DNA of 64,000 nucleotides from Haliotis rufescens (lineage: Eukaryota), in NCBI RefSeq assembly GCF_023055435.1, contig NW_025964001.1, forward strand, positions 1,116,001-1,180,000, in the 5' to 3' direction. Shown piece after piece: positions 38,629 to 52,953 of this stretch (position 1 is its first letter; every line of letters starts with the position of its first letter). The notes beneath the pieces were generated by a model. It had not been told where the DNA came from. It searched no databases and saw only the letters and a list, made by a program, of their open reading frames with translations. The translations under genes and the position numbers were made by a program.

Positions 38629-41600
38629 TATATAAGGTAGTCAGGGTGTTTTCACCTTTCTCAGTGCAGTAGTGTATGATATATATATATATATATATCT
38701 ATATTTAATGACCTTTAACCTGTCTCTGTGTCTGTACACTCATACTGATGAGGGTGCTGATTTTGAGGTGCTAATGCTTCTCGCTCACTGTGTATCATTT
38801 GGTGGAATTACTCTAGTGATGACTGCTTCTAACAATAAGAGCAGATGCGCCATGCAATTGTTGAATGTGTGACTTTCAGAATACCAGTTGAAATAATACC
38901 TGCGTCACTGGATGTTTCCATTTAAACTAAAGCTTTGGGGATCACACGAGCTGTTCCGATGATATAAGATATGGTTTCAGGAAAGTAGTATGTGTCCAGC
39001 CAAAGTGGGAGGTGGGACTATGTTGGGTTGAGGAGCGTAACAGGAAGCATCTCTCGCGTGTAGCAAACATCATCAGGCCAATCTTTTATTAATACACGGA
39101 TTACAGACCCCTGGATTTTGTTGTTGGGGTGACAAATAATTAAATATGATAGGGACCAAAATAGCTGTTGACAAAGTTGTTATGTATATTTTTTAGATGC
39201 ATTTCGATGCAGAACGATCATTTTCTTTTTGTCCAAAGTTTTTCAAATGAATCTCACAGCCATACCTCATCTTGAGGTTACAATTTTTTTTATGAAGTCA
39301 GCATAATCCAAGTTATGAAAAAAAGGTTGGCCTAATGCTTTACTGGAATGTTCCCAACATGACAAAGGGTCCCTTGTAAGCAGAAAATAGGAATGCCCCA
39401 TGTAACACTGGGAGTGTGTGCCCTAATGCAAGCAGAGTAACTGGAGTGACACGGTCGTAGTGCTAAGTTTGCTGGTGGTCTGTAGCCCCTTGCACCAGCA
39501 TGTATCGAAAGTAACAATGAGTTGTTAGGGAGATATATTGCTTATTTGTTTTGTGAAGGCTACTTCTCTCCGTTTTGACAAAACAATTTGTGGTTGTCTG
39601 TAGAAAAGAAACACAATGGAGATACAAATCAAAATTTTTGTTGTCTTTCGAAAGAAAATATGGAAGTTTTTATGAGTGATCTATTTAGTATTTATGGCCT
39701 GTAGAGTTTTACAAAAACTTGGGCAGTATTAAGTCCTTGAGTAGAATGTCCACATTTATTGTTACTGAAAATGAAATGGCACATGGACACGGGTGATACC
39801 TGCAAGAAATCAAGTAATTCTTTGAAGACAAAAGTGCTTTTCCAGATGCTTGTTCGTATAGTGCTACTGAGAGAAGTGTTGTCCTGCTCTCGACACTGAG
39901 TTGTTTACGCACCAGCTGCGTTAAATGTAACCATGTAATCCAAAATGTTATAATACATATTTTTTCTATAGATAATACAATTTTAGAAATCCCACATTCC
40001 CCCTCTGCTGTTTTGGGGTTCATTTGCCCACATTGTAGTGTTCCTACACATGGTAGAGATGAATACCAAGGGGATCTTCTTCATCATGGTATGCCTAGTC
40101 CAAACTGTATCAAAAACCTAGACAGTATGCTTATATCTATAACTGTAGGTTTATTAGATAGTTAAAGCATATGATGACCCTTCTCAATTTATTTGAGCAA
40201 TTTAAGTGTTGTTTTTCCAAGGTAAATTTGTTAACATTTATTGAATTTTGAATTTTTGAAATGATAATACCTTGTTAAAGTTCCGGACTTGCATTTTATG
40301 TTTGGAATAAGATAAACACTTCTGTCTCACATATACATCAGTACCAAGCAGTAAGTTTGATAACATAGAGTGCTGCCATTTTTCAGTCATTTATAGTGTG
40401 TGTTTGGTTTCATCTGTACAAGTCACTTCATATTTGGAACATTTAGCCAACAATTTTTTGTGATTGGAAATTATTCTTGATCATGGTTATCTGTATAACT
40501 GAAGTAAATGAATGATGTATTGGGATGGAAAATGTTCCAGTTTGAAGTGAAGCTTGTTCTGTAGGGAATAGGATGGAAGTAGTCTGCCCTGGGTATCATC
40601 ATAGACGATGAGTCGTTTGTAACATGGACGCTCTGTGAACTACCAATAAGGAAGGATTTTTACTTCTTTAAAAATCTTTAATGAACTATTTATAATGATG
40701 GCGAATCTAGTATTGATTGGAGCCCACTAGATTTTGTTACAATCTGATTTCATTCACACTAGCAGTCGATACTAGTAGACTATTGGGCTGTGAAGTAGGG
40801 GAGACAACTCTGTATTGATATCACTAACCTTAGAATGAATTAAGTTCAACTTATTACAACATGCTGCCATATTTATTATAATTGCTGCTAACTTGTTTGG
40901 CGTATTCTGTCTTTAATTTGTGGTAACCTTAGTAAAGTACCTCGTCATGGAGCGTGTTAGTATCATCCCAGAGTATGCATATAGGCAAGGATGTGGATGT
41001 TTTATCCTCGGGATGTGGCCATTTATTTACATCACCCTTTTTCATGATTTTTTAAAGGAATTTATATTCTATCTTTTGTAATTTTGACAGTTGTGCATTT
41101 AGAGAGTATTATACTTCCTGTTATTGAACAGAATGTGCATTGGTGTTTTTTAAAAATTAATTCTTTATTTAATATTGCAAGAATTGTTATTGTTATGCAT
41201 TTAGAGAATGTTAAGTTTGTAGAAAAGAATTGTGTTTTCTTTCAGTAAACACTTCCATGGTAATAGGTATTTTGATTGAAATTTTAACAAAGAAACATAA
41301 ATATAAATGTTTTTACAGAGGTGACACGAGAAATGACATGAGAAAGATTCAGTGAGTTGTATCTGAAGCTATGTGATGAACACTGGACGTGTCGGGAGAG
41401 TAACTTTGACAACTGTTTGGAGAAAAGTAAAATAATATGTGTTAAAACATGGCAGATGAGGCTACCCAAGAATACATCTTTTATCCAGCAATACCTGCAT
41501 CATCAACTCATCAGTTGCCTAGCAACAATATATATTTTTGTTAAGCTGAAGGGGTATTATTACAATATTGGATAATTTTTAAATGACAACTAAGTGTGCA

Positions 41601-43514
41601 GCCATGGCATAGAGTTTTAAACTTTTGTCCTGTTTAACAGGGGCTGACTGTCAATGGAATGTGTTAACATTTCAGAATAATATCGGGCTTTTTGAACAGC
41701 TTTATTAGCTTTTTACAATGGTTTCTGTGAGATTTTTTAAATTCTGTTTCTTGGTTTTTAGCATGACATGGCTACCTTCCACACAGCTCCTCCATGCTAG
41801 GATTTCGGTCTCGGCACTGAGATGGTCTCACTGCTAATATTGCTTTGTGGAAGATTAGTCACGTCATCACCAAGTGTCTAACATGGCCCCACGTCTTGAG
41901 TTATTTATCACCAAGCCACGCTTCTTGTCCTAGGTTGCCGTGAGGAGATAACGGTGTATCGACCGGTCATATCAAACAGTTATTCATTTGTGCTGTTTGG
42001 CCTCATTTTTTGCTAGGTTTTGTCATCAGTTTCATTTTGTGGCAAAGCAGGGTTTCAAAGAGTCGAAAAACTCTTTTAAATCTTTTCATCATGGGTCATG
42101 GTTTTTTAATTTACCTGATAAATAAAATATCTGATCAGATTGATTTTATACATTTACAGTTATTTATATACATTTTGAAAAACCTAGGTGATATCTTGCG
42201 TGACAAATACTGACTTTTTTACTCAGTCCAAGTGTGACCCGTCTAGATATTCCTTAACCTTTATTTTCGTAAATTATTTTCCAAACATCACCAAGAAAGA
42301 CTACATTTCAACAATGTGCAACATGTCTGTCGAGCAGTACTTTTCTTCATAATGTCTCTGCGTGTGGTTTCACCATGTTCTGTACATACATACACTGTAA
42401 TGGCATTTGCAGGACTTGTTGTTCCAGTTGCCAAAGATATGATCTAGGGCAGAAGAACAATAAATGTATTTTACTGCTTAGACAATGCAACTTACCTATC
42501 TGTCACAGTTGAAACGTTGTACCCTGGTTTTTTAACATACCCATGTACAGAGCTTAGCTTTGTCGTCTGGCACCATAGTCTTCAGTCTGGTAACCATGGC
42601 AGCAAGTGCTGGCAGTGAAACATGCCATGAGGTGTTTTCGTGGTTGAGAGTTCACCATTATGAATACTTACATTAACCCTTTCAAATCTTATTACATTGA
42701 TGTCTTTATAAGTATAACGATTTGTTTATCCACTTGAAACTGAAAGTGTTTTGTAATGTAATGGATGCAGGACGATTATGGTTAAAACCTATGAGTTATT
42801 TTTGTGATGCAAGTCAGTCATCTTAGGTGACAATAAGTCTCTGATTTCAGTAGTTATAAATTGAAATTGTGATATTACATGGATGTAGGTTTATGTTAAC
42901 AAAGAGAATGCTCAAAGCATGCTCGTATCCCTGGTAGGAGAACTAGCAAGCTCCTAAGTTCAGGGTTTTGGTGTAGGAGCAAACGAAAGATGACACAGAT
43001 CACCAGCTAGCAGTTTCATCAACATCTGTCTCCAGCATAATTCCAGTTCTCTTTTAACATGGCATTTCTTAACTGTTATGAAACATATTGTGTTGTACTT
43101 TTGGCGCTATGTTATAATAACAGGTTATTTTTATCATCTTAACAGATACAAATTAAGATTTGATGTCCTCAAGCTTGTGTAGAATACATTGGAGTGAAGC
43201 CCTATTGAATCATATGTATAGGAAATAGTCTCTTGAAATCTTTATGAATATAACCAGAATCTCCTCTGCCAGCAGTTATACTCTACATGCCATTTGAAGT
43301 ACTCATTTCCTGCATGTGAAGCATGCTTCCCCTGCCTGCACAGGTTGCCATGACTACGAGACTGCCGCACACTGCCCCCACCACCAACCACTTTGGGGGT
43401 CAGGCAGCTCCCTACCCCCATGTCAGGGCAGCCCCATACCCCCATCCTAGGGATGCTCTTATTGTGGTATCGTATTCTCAGCAACAGCTACATTCCTTGC
43501 TGTTGACCAGACTG

Positions 43515-44525
43515 GATTTATAGTGGCCACCGGCGCCAACTAATGGTCAGACTAGACATCTTATAGTAGCCCTTTGTGCCAACTAACTGTCTGACTGGAC
43601 ATCTTTTAGTAGCTGCTGGCGCCAACTAATGCTCTGACTAAACATCTTATTGTGGCTGCCGGTACCAACTAACGGTCTGACTGGACATCTTATAGTAGCC
43701 GCTTTTGCCAATTAATGGTCAGTTTGGACTATTTATAGTTCCCTCTGGCGCCAACTAACAGTCAGGCAGAAAAAATTATCTTAGCTGCTGGAACCAACTA
43801 ACAGTCAGACTGGAAACAGACAGTGGCCGCAGGTGACAACTAACTGTCAGATCTTACAGGCAGAGCTATCAATTTCTCTGTTTTCTTATAGTGGCCGCTG
43901 GCATTGACTTATGGGGACTGGATGTCTGGAGTGGGCACAGGTGCCAATCAGTGTTCAGGATTGACATCTTACGGTTGGCGCCAACTAATGGTCTGACTGA
44001 ATATCTTATAGTGGCCATCGGCGCCAGCTTATGGTCTGACTGGACATCATATAGTAGCCAGTGGCAACAACTAATGATCTGGCTGAACATCTCATAGTGG
44101 CCACCGACACCAACTAATGCTCTGAATGAACGTCGTACAGTGACCATTGGCACCAACTAATGGTCTGACTGAATGTCTTATAGTGGCCATCAGCACCAAC
44201 TACTGGTCCAACTTGACATCTTATAGTGGCTGCCGGCGCCAACTAATGGTCTGACTGAACGTCTTATAGTGGTCATGAGCACCAACTAATGGTCTAACTT
44301 GACATCTTATAGTGGCTGCCGGCGTCAACTAGTGGTCTGACTGAATGTCTTATAGTGGCAATCGGCACCAACTAATGGTCTAATTTGACATCTTACAGTG
44401 GCTGCTGGCGCCAAATCATGGTCTGACTTGACATCTTATAGTGACTGCCAGCGCCAACTAATGGTCTGACTGAACGTCTTATAGTGGCCATCGGCACCAA
44501 CTAATGGTCTGACTGAACATCTTAT
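43515..44525. repeat. Degenerate 43-bp minisatellite
   Basis: CTTATAGTGGCCATCGGCACCAACTAATGGTCTGACTGAACGT. Confidence 0.85.
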
Positions 44526-45974
44526 TGGCAGATCTATCAATGTCTTTTTTGCTCTTAAACATGTCTTGAAATCAAACTAAATCCTTTACGAACATGTTGT
44601 ACAAGTTTATTTCATCTTTATCAGTAACAATGACTGTAAAATTAAAATTAATGAAACTGCTTCCCATGTTTGTTTGTTTTAACAAGGTTGTGAACAGATG
44701 GATACATTACAGATTGTGCAACACAGGTTGGAAAGAAGGGCAGACCATGCTTTATTTCCTGCTTGTATCATTTTCTAGGTTAATATGGAAAAACATCAAA
44801 TTTGGACATCTTGTCAATCTATAGAATAAGACACTATCAGAGTTGGTATTTTTCGATTAGGCCATAACAGAAAAAAACAAAAATGTTCGCAACCTTACTT
44901 CAAGTGTGTCGTGAATGTAATATCAGGCGACAACCAACCTGTAACATTCAGGCATACCATGTATGTGATATAGGGAAAGCTGAAAATAATGCTGACCAAC
45001 CATGGATCAAGTCAGGAACCCCTGCCAACAGATCCTGGCCCAGCAAAGGGACACAACTCTGAATGGCCAATTTCTGTTGTGGCGGCACTGTGTAGTATGG
45101 AAATGATGTGTGTCAGATTTGTTTGCTTAATGCGCCAGTCAGTAATGTTCCAGCTATATGACGGCAGACTGTAAATAATTGAGTCTGGACCAGACAACAC
45201 CAGTGATTGATATTATGAGCAATGATTGTAAGAAGACATGATATCAGTCATGTCAAGTTGTCTCTTATGCCAAGCATGGGTTGCAGGGGACAAATTCAAA
45301 ACCAGAGCCCCCATGGCGGCCATAGTGTAAGAAAGATACTTGAATATGGCCTCGGTAGACGATAAAATAAAGATAACTATATTACTGAACATTTGTGACA
45401 AAAATATGTATACAGCTATACATGACATTTCTAAAACCCAACCTACAATTTGACTAGATGAACAAAGTGAGACAGCACTTGCATTGTTTGTTATATTACA
45501 AGTTGAAATTACACATGGAACTCCTTCACATATGGTACTGGGGCAACTGCCATTGTACTACTCATGGTCAAAGGGAGACAATCTGTGCACAAGACTTGCA
45601 TGTTTATTTTATCAGTTACATTCACAATAGGTAAAGCCATTTGAAAGACAAACATATAAATAACCTTTCTCATAGTGTACGTACAAAACATTCAGATTAA
45701 TGTTTTCAACTTTATGTAAAATATTTTCTTAAATTTTAAGTACTTGTGGGTCTTGCAATTCTTCTGTTCTTCCAATCATCTCGTGTGTCAGACCCATGAA
45801 AATATTCACAAGAAAATACAGATTATTGTGTAAATGTTCAGTCGTAGTCAGGTGTGCACCACACAGATTGCTGTCTGATTGTTTTAGAAGTTGGTTGGGG
45901 GCTAATACAAGGAGTACAGTACATCCAACATGCACATACGTCTTCCGTATAATCAATGAACATACTTAATGAGA

Positions 45975-46710
45975 CAAAACATAGGTAATTACACCGAACA
46001 AAGGTAATAAGACAAAACAGGTAATTACACCAACATAGGTAATTACCCCAAACGTAGGTAATTACACCAAACATAGGTAATTACCCCAAACGTAGGTAAT
46101 AACACCAAACGTAGGTAATGAGACAAAACATAGGAAATTACACCAAATGTAGGTAATTACTCCTAACATAGGTAATTACACCAAACGTAGGTAATGAGAC
46201 AAATGTAGGTATTACACCAACTGTAGGTAATTACACCAACTGTAGGTAATTACACCAAATGTAGGTAATTACACCAAACGTAGGTAATTACACCAAACGT
46301 AGTTAATTACACCAAACGTAGGTTATGAGACAAAACATAGGTAATTACACCAAACATAGGTACTTACACCAAAGGTAGGTAATTACTCCTAATGTAGGTA
46401 ATTACACCAAACATAGGTACCTAATTACGGTAATTACACCAAACGTAGGTAATTACACCAAACATAGGTAACTAAATCAAACGTAGGTAATTACAAAGTA
46501 GTCACAATTTATGGATAACAATAAAGGCGATGTTTTTTCGGTATAGATCCTGATACCGTTGTCAAGCAAGACAGTCTTGCTTGACATCAGTATAAGCATC
46601 TTTACCGTATGTCGCCTTTATTGTTATCCATAAATTGTGTCTACTTTGTCATCCGTTAAATTCTAAGTAATGCCTATCAAACAATTCATAGGTAATTACA
46701 CCAAACATAG
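45975..46710. repeat. 19-bp minisatellite interrupted by the foldback element
   Basis: TAGGTAATTACACCAAACG. Confidence 0.9.
46493..46649. repeat. Foldback inverted repeat of 157 bp
   Basis: 38-bp outer arms with 1 mismatch; inner perfect 13-bp palindrome TGTCAAGCAAGAC-A-GTCTTGCTTGACA. Confidence 0.9.
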
Positions 46711-47728
46711 GCAGAACTGAACAATATCACAATAAAAAGTCACATTCAAAGAACAATTCGTATAGAAACAATACACAGAGGCTTCATCTCCGTGTTTCTT
46801 CAAAAGCAGCGCTGAAAAGTCACAAAAACTTGATTTCTTCCGCTCATACTCTGACCATTAAACAACAATAACAAATAGCTTAATGTCCACACTGTGACAC
46901 AGAACAAACAAACATGTATGTATTTAGTCATGCATGCTAAAATCTAAAAAATAATTTGATTTTAAGACCTTGCCCTTTTCATACATAATCTCACCATGAC
47001 AAGTGCAAAGTCAGACCCTGCTATACACTTGAATACTACAAGATAGTTTTGGCACTTCACTACACTAACAGTGTGTCTTTGTTCTCGGGGATATAAGGCA
47101 ACATATACACCACGTAAAAATTTCACAAAACTTGAATAAAATGTATCCAATGCTGAACAATGTTAAAAGAAAACTATTTTTGCCCATGTATAAAATACAT
47201 GATATTCAGTTAAAAAAGGCAATTGTGTGTTGCTTAAAATTATTTATAAAATAAGTCTTAAAATAAATAAAAATATTATTTAAAATTTCTTCACATTTTT
47301 TTTATAAAGAGAACACTGACAATAATTACGCAACAATATGTCGACATAACAGTACATTTCATGTCTGTTTGAGGATCACGGTCACCTAAACTCCATGACA
47401 CGTCTGGGACAACATCTGCCCGCAAGTAGGTGATAAAACAGTTTTATCACACACCAACCTGTCAACAATGTTGTTGTTATTACTCTCCCATCTGTATGCT
47501 GCATACACAGTAACAGGGCATCGTGTCGAGGGAATGCTACAGACTTGTTCCTTAATCCTCAGCTGCAAGCTGTCACATACACTCTGGTACTGTAGATAGG
47601 GGCGCTTCAGGAACACCACTCACATAACCAAGGGGAGACCCCAGGAGTTAAATCAAGCTGGGATCACAGCTGAATACAGACTGAACACTGAGAAAACGAG
47701 ATGTCTCTCCTAATCACGGACTAGTGGC

Positions 47729-47878
47729 CATCTGCGGATCCAGAGGGGGGTCCAGAGGGGGGTCCAGACTCCCCTCTTTTGAAAACCAAATGTAGTATGT
47801 TGTAGGCAGTAAAATTATCTGAGAGAGGATTTTGATATTTTTGGCCCCTCCCTTTTAAAAATGCTGGATCCACCCTTG
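47729..47878. mobile_element. Small MITE (GCGGATCCAG...CTGGATCCAC termini)
   Basis: Degenerate TIRs with flanking AGTGGC direct repeat; an inverted fragment of the same end occurs at about 50216-50270. Confidence 0.55.
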
Positions 47879-47997
47879 AGTGGCTCTCTGAACAACAGCC
47901 TTATTAATAGTATGCAGTTTTATAGTCGGCAGTTTTATCCCAAATTAGAGAAAAAATACAAACATCAATTTTGAAAATCTCCCCAAGATCCATGCTG

Positions 47998-48108
47998 TGT
48001 GGTGTGGTGTGGTGTGGTGTGGTGTGTTTTGGTGTGGTGTGGTGTGGTGTGGCGTGGCGTGGCGTGGCGTGGCGTGGCGTGGCGTGGCGTGTGTGTGTGT
48101 GTGTGTGT
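47998..48108. repeat. Compound microsatellite (GGTGT)n(GGCGT)n(GT)n
   Basis: Direct reading. Confidence 0.95.
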
Positions 48109-48442
48109 GGGAGCTATGTAACAGCCGTCTGTTAATAATCAAGTATGGACAAGACAATCCAGTGACTGATATCAGAAACAATGATCCACATTGTCAAGGC
48201 ATATTGACACACTAGCAATCAAGTCATTGAGCCTGACCACCCTATCCATAAGTTACCAGCACAGTTTCCTGGAGATCAACTCTAACCCGAACTCCTCTCC
48301 AGGAAACCGTTCACTTGCACCAACACACATCATCAGTTGTGTCCAGCCTACTCCAGGGCTGGCTGTTGCCACACAATCCACATACGACATGTCCCACATA
48401 CACTAACACAGTGGTCATACATCCTATAGCATCCTGTCTATG

Positions 48443-48622
48443 TTATAAGTCATCCAAGTATTCCTTTTCCTGACTGGCTGGGTTTTCCACTGTGATCTTC
48501 CACTCCTGTGATGAGAGGTAATCCTCGCACTCAGCCAGAACCAGTCCTGTTTCCGACTTGTGACTGTCGACACACAAGCTGGAGGCTTGGTGGATGATAT
48601 GGTTCTTCTGTCGGTACCAGCG
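48443..48622 (-). CDS. GALNT: GALNT last coding exon, lectin gamma repeat and stop
   Basis: RWYRQKNHIIHQASSLCVDSHKSETGLVLAECEDYLSSQEWKITVENP...DDL*; QxW motifs. Confidence 0.9.
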   Translation of the reverse strand, partial: RWYRQKNHIIHQASSLCVDSHKSETGLVLAECEDYLSSQEWKITVENPASQEKEYLDDL

Positions 48623-48766
48623 CTGTACAGATAACAATACACACATGATCAAGACATCGTTATCTTGGAGTATTTGAAAAGAACTATAATCATGTGGTAG
48701 TCCTAATTTCTCTCTAATTTGCAGAAAAGGGCCCCAAATAGATAAAAATGGTCACAGATGCCTATG

Positions 48767-49000
48767 GTTTGTTGTTTAACGCCTCACTTGGCAATACTCC
48801 AGCTACATAATGGTGCCCTATAAATACATGAGTCTGGACCAGACAATCCGGTGATTGACCTCGTGGCATCGATCTACGCACTTGGGGTATGATGACATGC
48901 GTCAACCAAGTCAGTGAGCCTGACCACCTGATCCACTTAGTCGCCTCTTACCACAAGCACGGTCTACTGATGACAACATCTAACCCGGATCTTCACGGGG
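48767..49000 (-). mobile_element. SINE-like repeat, family C
   Basis: Reverse-complement match to 23070-23266; further degenerate copies near 45115-45300 and 48110-48300. Confidence 0.7.
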
Positions 49001-49094
49001 TGATGCCAATGGAGATCTTGCTAATTCATAGAGACAGGGACAGAAAGAACTATGGCGTCATCAGTTACTACTGAATTTTTTTTATTGGACTCAC

Positions 49095-49211
49095 CTGATT
49101 ATCGCCATAGTTACAGAACTGGACGACAAGGTAGGAGTGTGTCTGCTGGACGTCTGCTGTCAAACACATGCCGTTACTGACGATGACCCCCTTCCTACGC
49201 CATGACCACTC
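49095..49211 (-). CDS. GALNT: GALNT exon, lectin beta repeat
   Basis: EWSWRRKGVIVSNGMCLTADVQQTHSYLVVQFCNYGDNQ|GTGAGT. Confidence 0.9.
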
Positions 49212-49364
49212 CTGATGCAACAATATGGAAATGTTAGATAACATGTGTTGGCTCATCAGTGAGTGAGTGAATGTTGTTTACGCTGCATTCAGCGATGATC
49301 CTCCTGTGTCGTGTCTACCTGTAGATGATGGATTCTGGGCTGGGCTTATCTGACCTTACTGCCA

Positions 49365-50085
49365 CACATGGGTACCTATGACCTAATTTGCCAGGGAATT
49401 CCCACACATACTTACAAAAAAGCCAATCTGCCAGAGAATTCCCACACATAGTTTCCAATACCCCAATCTGCCAGGGAATTCCCACACATAGGTACCAATA
49501 CCCCAATCTGCAAGGGAATTCCCACATATAGGTACCAATACCCCAATCTGCAAGGGAATTCCCACACATAGTTACCAATACCCCAATCTGCAAGGGAATT
49601 CCCACACATACTTACCAATACCCCAATCTGCCAGGGAATTCCCACACATAGGTACCAATACCCCAATCTGCAAGGGAATTCCCACATATAGTTACCAATA
49701 CCCCAATCTGCAAGGGAATTCCCACACATACTTACCAATACCCCAATCTGCCAGGGAATTCCCACACATAGTTTCCAATACCCCAATCTGCCAGGTAATC
49801 CAACACATAGTTATCAATACCCCAATCTGCTAGGGAATTCCCACACATAGTTTCCAATACCCCAATCTGCCAGGGAATTCCCACACATAGTTACCAATAC
49901 CCCAATCTGCCAGGGAATTCCCAAACATAGTTACCAATACCTCCATCTGCAAGGGAATTCCAACACATAGTTAGGTATACCCCCATCTGCAAGGGAATTC
50001 CCACACATAGTTACCAATACCCCAATCTGCAAGGGAATTCCAACACATAGTTAGGGACACCCCAATCTGCCCGGGAATTCCCACT
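49365..50085. repeat. Minisatellite, 40-bp unit
   Basis: CCAATACCCCAATCTGCAAGGGAATTCCCACACATAGTTA. Confidence 0.95.
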
Positions 50086-50327
50086 TGTGGAATCGCAGTG
50101 TGGAAACAAGCATAGATGCTGATATTCTGGTATGTAGAGACAAGCACTGGAACTGAGGATCAATTCTGCCCAGGAATCCCCAGACAAGCAAAAGTACTAA
50201 GAACCTATTCTGCCTAAGGGCAGATCCAGCATTTTTTATTGGGAGGGGTCCAAAATATATAAATCCTCTCTGAGTCAATTTTAATGCCTACAACATACTA
50301 CATTTGGGTTTCAAAAGAGTTGGACAG

Positions 50328-50762
50328 CACAGGAAAGGGAAGCACAGGAATGGAAGCACAGGGAAGGGAAGCACAGGGAAGGGAAGCACAGGGAAGGGAA
50401 GCACAGGGAAGGGAAGCACAGGAAGGGAAGCACAGGAAGGGAAGCACAGGGAAGGGAAGCACAGGAAGGGAAGCACAGGGAAGGGAAGCACAGGAAGGGA
50501 AGCACAGGGAAGGGAAGCACAGGAAGGGAAGCACAGGAAGGGAAGCACAGGGAAGGGAAGCACAGGGAAGGGAAGCACAGGGAAGGGAAGCACAGGAAGG
50601 GAAGCACAGGGAAGGGAAGCACAGGGAAGGGCAGCACAGGGAAGGGAAGCACAGGTAAGGGAAGCACAGGGAAGGGAAGCACAGGGAAGGGAAGCACAGG
50701 GAAGGGAAGCACAGGAAGGGAAGCACAGGGAAGGGAAGCACAGGGAAGGGAAGCACAGGAAG
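50328..50762. repeat. 14/15-bp purine-rich minisatellite
   Basis: GGGAAGGGAAGCACA. Confidence 0.95.
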
Positions 50763-50793
50763 GCTGACATGGCTGACAGCGAGCTTTACTTGC

Positions 50794-50920
50794 CTGCGAG
50801 TCTTTTGATTCTACACACGGACGGAGCTTGATTAGGACTGGGAGTTGGCCAGGGACGATGTCCAGACACTGGTTGTCCTGGTAAATCTGGCCATAGGCAA
50901 ACTCATCGTTCACTGGCAAC
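50794..50920 (-). CDS. GALNT: GALNT exon, ricin-B lectin alpha repeat; ends at a GC donor
   Basis: LPVNDEFAYGQIYQDNQCLDIVPGQLPVLIKLRPCVESKDSQ|GCAAGT. Confidence 0.9.
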
Positions 50921-51559
50921 CTGCAGGTGACATTAANNNNNNNNNNNNNNNNNNNNNNNNNNNNNNNNNNNNNNNNNNNNNNNNNNNNNNNNNNNNNNNN
51001 NNNNNNNNNNNNNNNNNNNNNNNNNNNNNNNNNNNNNNNNNNNNNNNNNNNNNNNNNNNNNNNNNNNNNNNNNNNNNNNNNNNNNNNNNNNNNNNNNNNN
51101 NNNNNNNNNNNNNNNNNNNNNNNNNNNNNNNNNNNNNNNNNNNNNNNNNNNNNNNNNNNNNNNNNNNNNNNNNNNNNNNNNNNNNNNNNNNNNNNNNNNN
51201 NNNNNNNNNNNNNNNNNNNNNNNNNNNNNNNNNNNNNNNNNNNNNNNNNNNNNNNNNNNNNNNNNNNNNNNNNNNNNNNNNNNNNNNNNNNNNNNNNNNN
51301 NNNNNNNNNNNNNNNNNNNNNNNNNNNNNNNNNNNNNNNNNNNNNNNNNNNNNNNNNNNNNNNNNNNNNNNNNNNNNGAAACATGGATATGGGCCCAATA
51401 GACAACAGATCATAATCTGACCAACAGTTCCAGACACAACTAAGGGGCACAACTCTGCACATTTAAGTATGACCACAAGTGTACCACAGAAAAGATTATG
51501 GCTACAGAAGAATAAAAATGTATTTAATTCCTGAAAGACTTGAAAATAACTTCACTCAC

Positions 51560-51643
51560 TTTAGTTCCGGGTACACGTTTTCTAGGTACCATCGGAATGT
51601 CTGACACTTGAGACGCTGTCGCAGGGCACGTCTTTCCTGCACA
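51560..51643 (-). CDS. GALNT: GALNT exon, end of catalytic domain
   Basis: [29 protein letters not shown]. Confidence 0.95.
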
Positions 51644-52454
51644 CTAGACAGAAGAATGCTACACGTTATTCATTGAACACTGCCACTGTATACCCTGTGA
51701 CCTAAACAGGTCAAGGATCACCTCTTGCTCTCATCCGTTATATTTAGTTAGCGAGGGAGTGAGTACAATACAACGAGTCAAAGACAAGCCACTTTAATAA
51801 AACCCATGAGCAAGGAAGTGCTGACAATCCAAGACACATAATCACGACAATTCTTGGTTTCATACCCATTATCAAAGATTTCTAGGCATGCCTCGAGTAC
51901 ACAACTCTGAACACAAATTAGAAACTTGGCCATCCACATCTTGAAATGTTTGATGAGTTTATACACAACAAACATTAGATAATAAGTTTGCAATTTGAAG
52001 TTTACACAATATACGACTGTTCCATTGGACGAGAGGTCGGTCACATGACCACGAAATGGGCGTTCATAAGTGTACGAACGACACAATTTGACGTTCATAT
52101 GTTTTTCATGAGACCGCATTCTTGAAATGATGTAAACACTGACGGACTACTTGCACATTCCTGGGGGCACCCCTGGGAGTTCACAAGCATGAATAAATAC
52201 AGAACAGTTGTTTCTATTCATTTAGGCCCTTAATCTTGAACTTAGTATTTTAGCATATATTGTGATAAGTCAGAGTTGGATTGAATGTCCATTCAAGGAT
52301 ATCCTTGCTACAACCCTAGAGCACAAACCGAAGAAAAGCACATCCAAACTACCTTGGTATCGATTCGATCCATGTCTAGACTACAGTGACAGTCTACAGC
52401 AATAAATGAATGTACCTTAGTATCTATTTGACACATCTTTACAATCACCTTTCA

Positions 52455-52625
52455 GTGAGTGAGTGAGTGAGTTTGGTTTTACTCCGCTTTTAGCAATATT
52501 CCAGCAATATCACGGCGGGGGACACCAGAAATGGGCTTAACACATTGTACCCATGTCGGGATTCGAACCCGGGTCTTCGGCGTGACGAGCGAACGCTTTA
52601 ACCACTAGGCTACCCGACTGCCCCT
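52455..52625 (-). mobile_element. SINE family A copy
   Basis: Reverse complement of the 627-790 element; TSD CTTTCAGTGA (52449-52458 / 52631-52640). Confidence 0.85.
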
Positions 52626-52953
52626 ACGATCTTTCAGTGATCGGCCAATTGATCAGTGATGATTAAACACTTGTTATAGCACCACGTTCATCAAAAACTT
52701 CGGAAATCTCTCCTGTCACATTTATCGTCTCGGCCATTTTGACGTCTTTTATTTGGTGTAAATGTATTATGATGCGCTGTCATTGTGACTGACTTACTGA
52801 GGTAGTTCTTAACCTACCTTTCTCATCTAATGAGGATATTATTTGAGTACTTTTGTTGTACAGAAACTACAAAAGTTGTTCCTATTGAGTATGTTGGCAA
52901 ACATAAGCTCATGTCACCGCTTGCTTTGGGGAACTATTTTATTCTACACTATA

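Noticed and set aside
51698-51713. TGACCT-AAAC-AGGTCA everted repeat in a GALNT intron
   Set aside because: An isolated motif that is not an ERE geometry; chance cannot be excluded.
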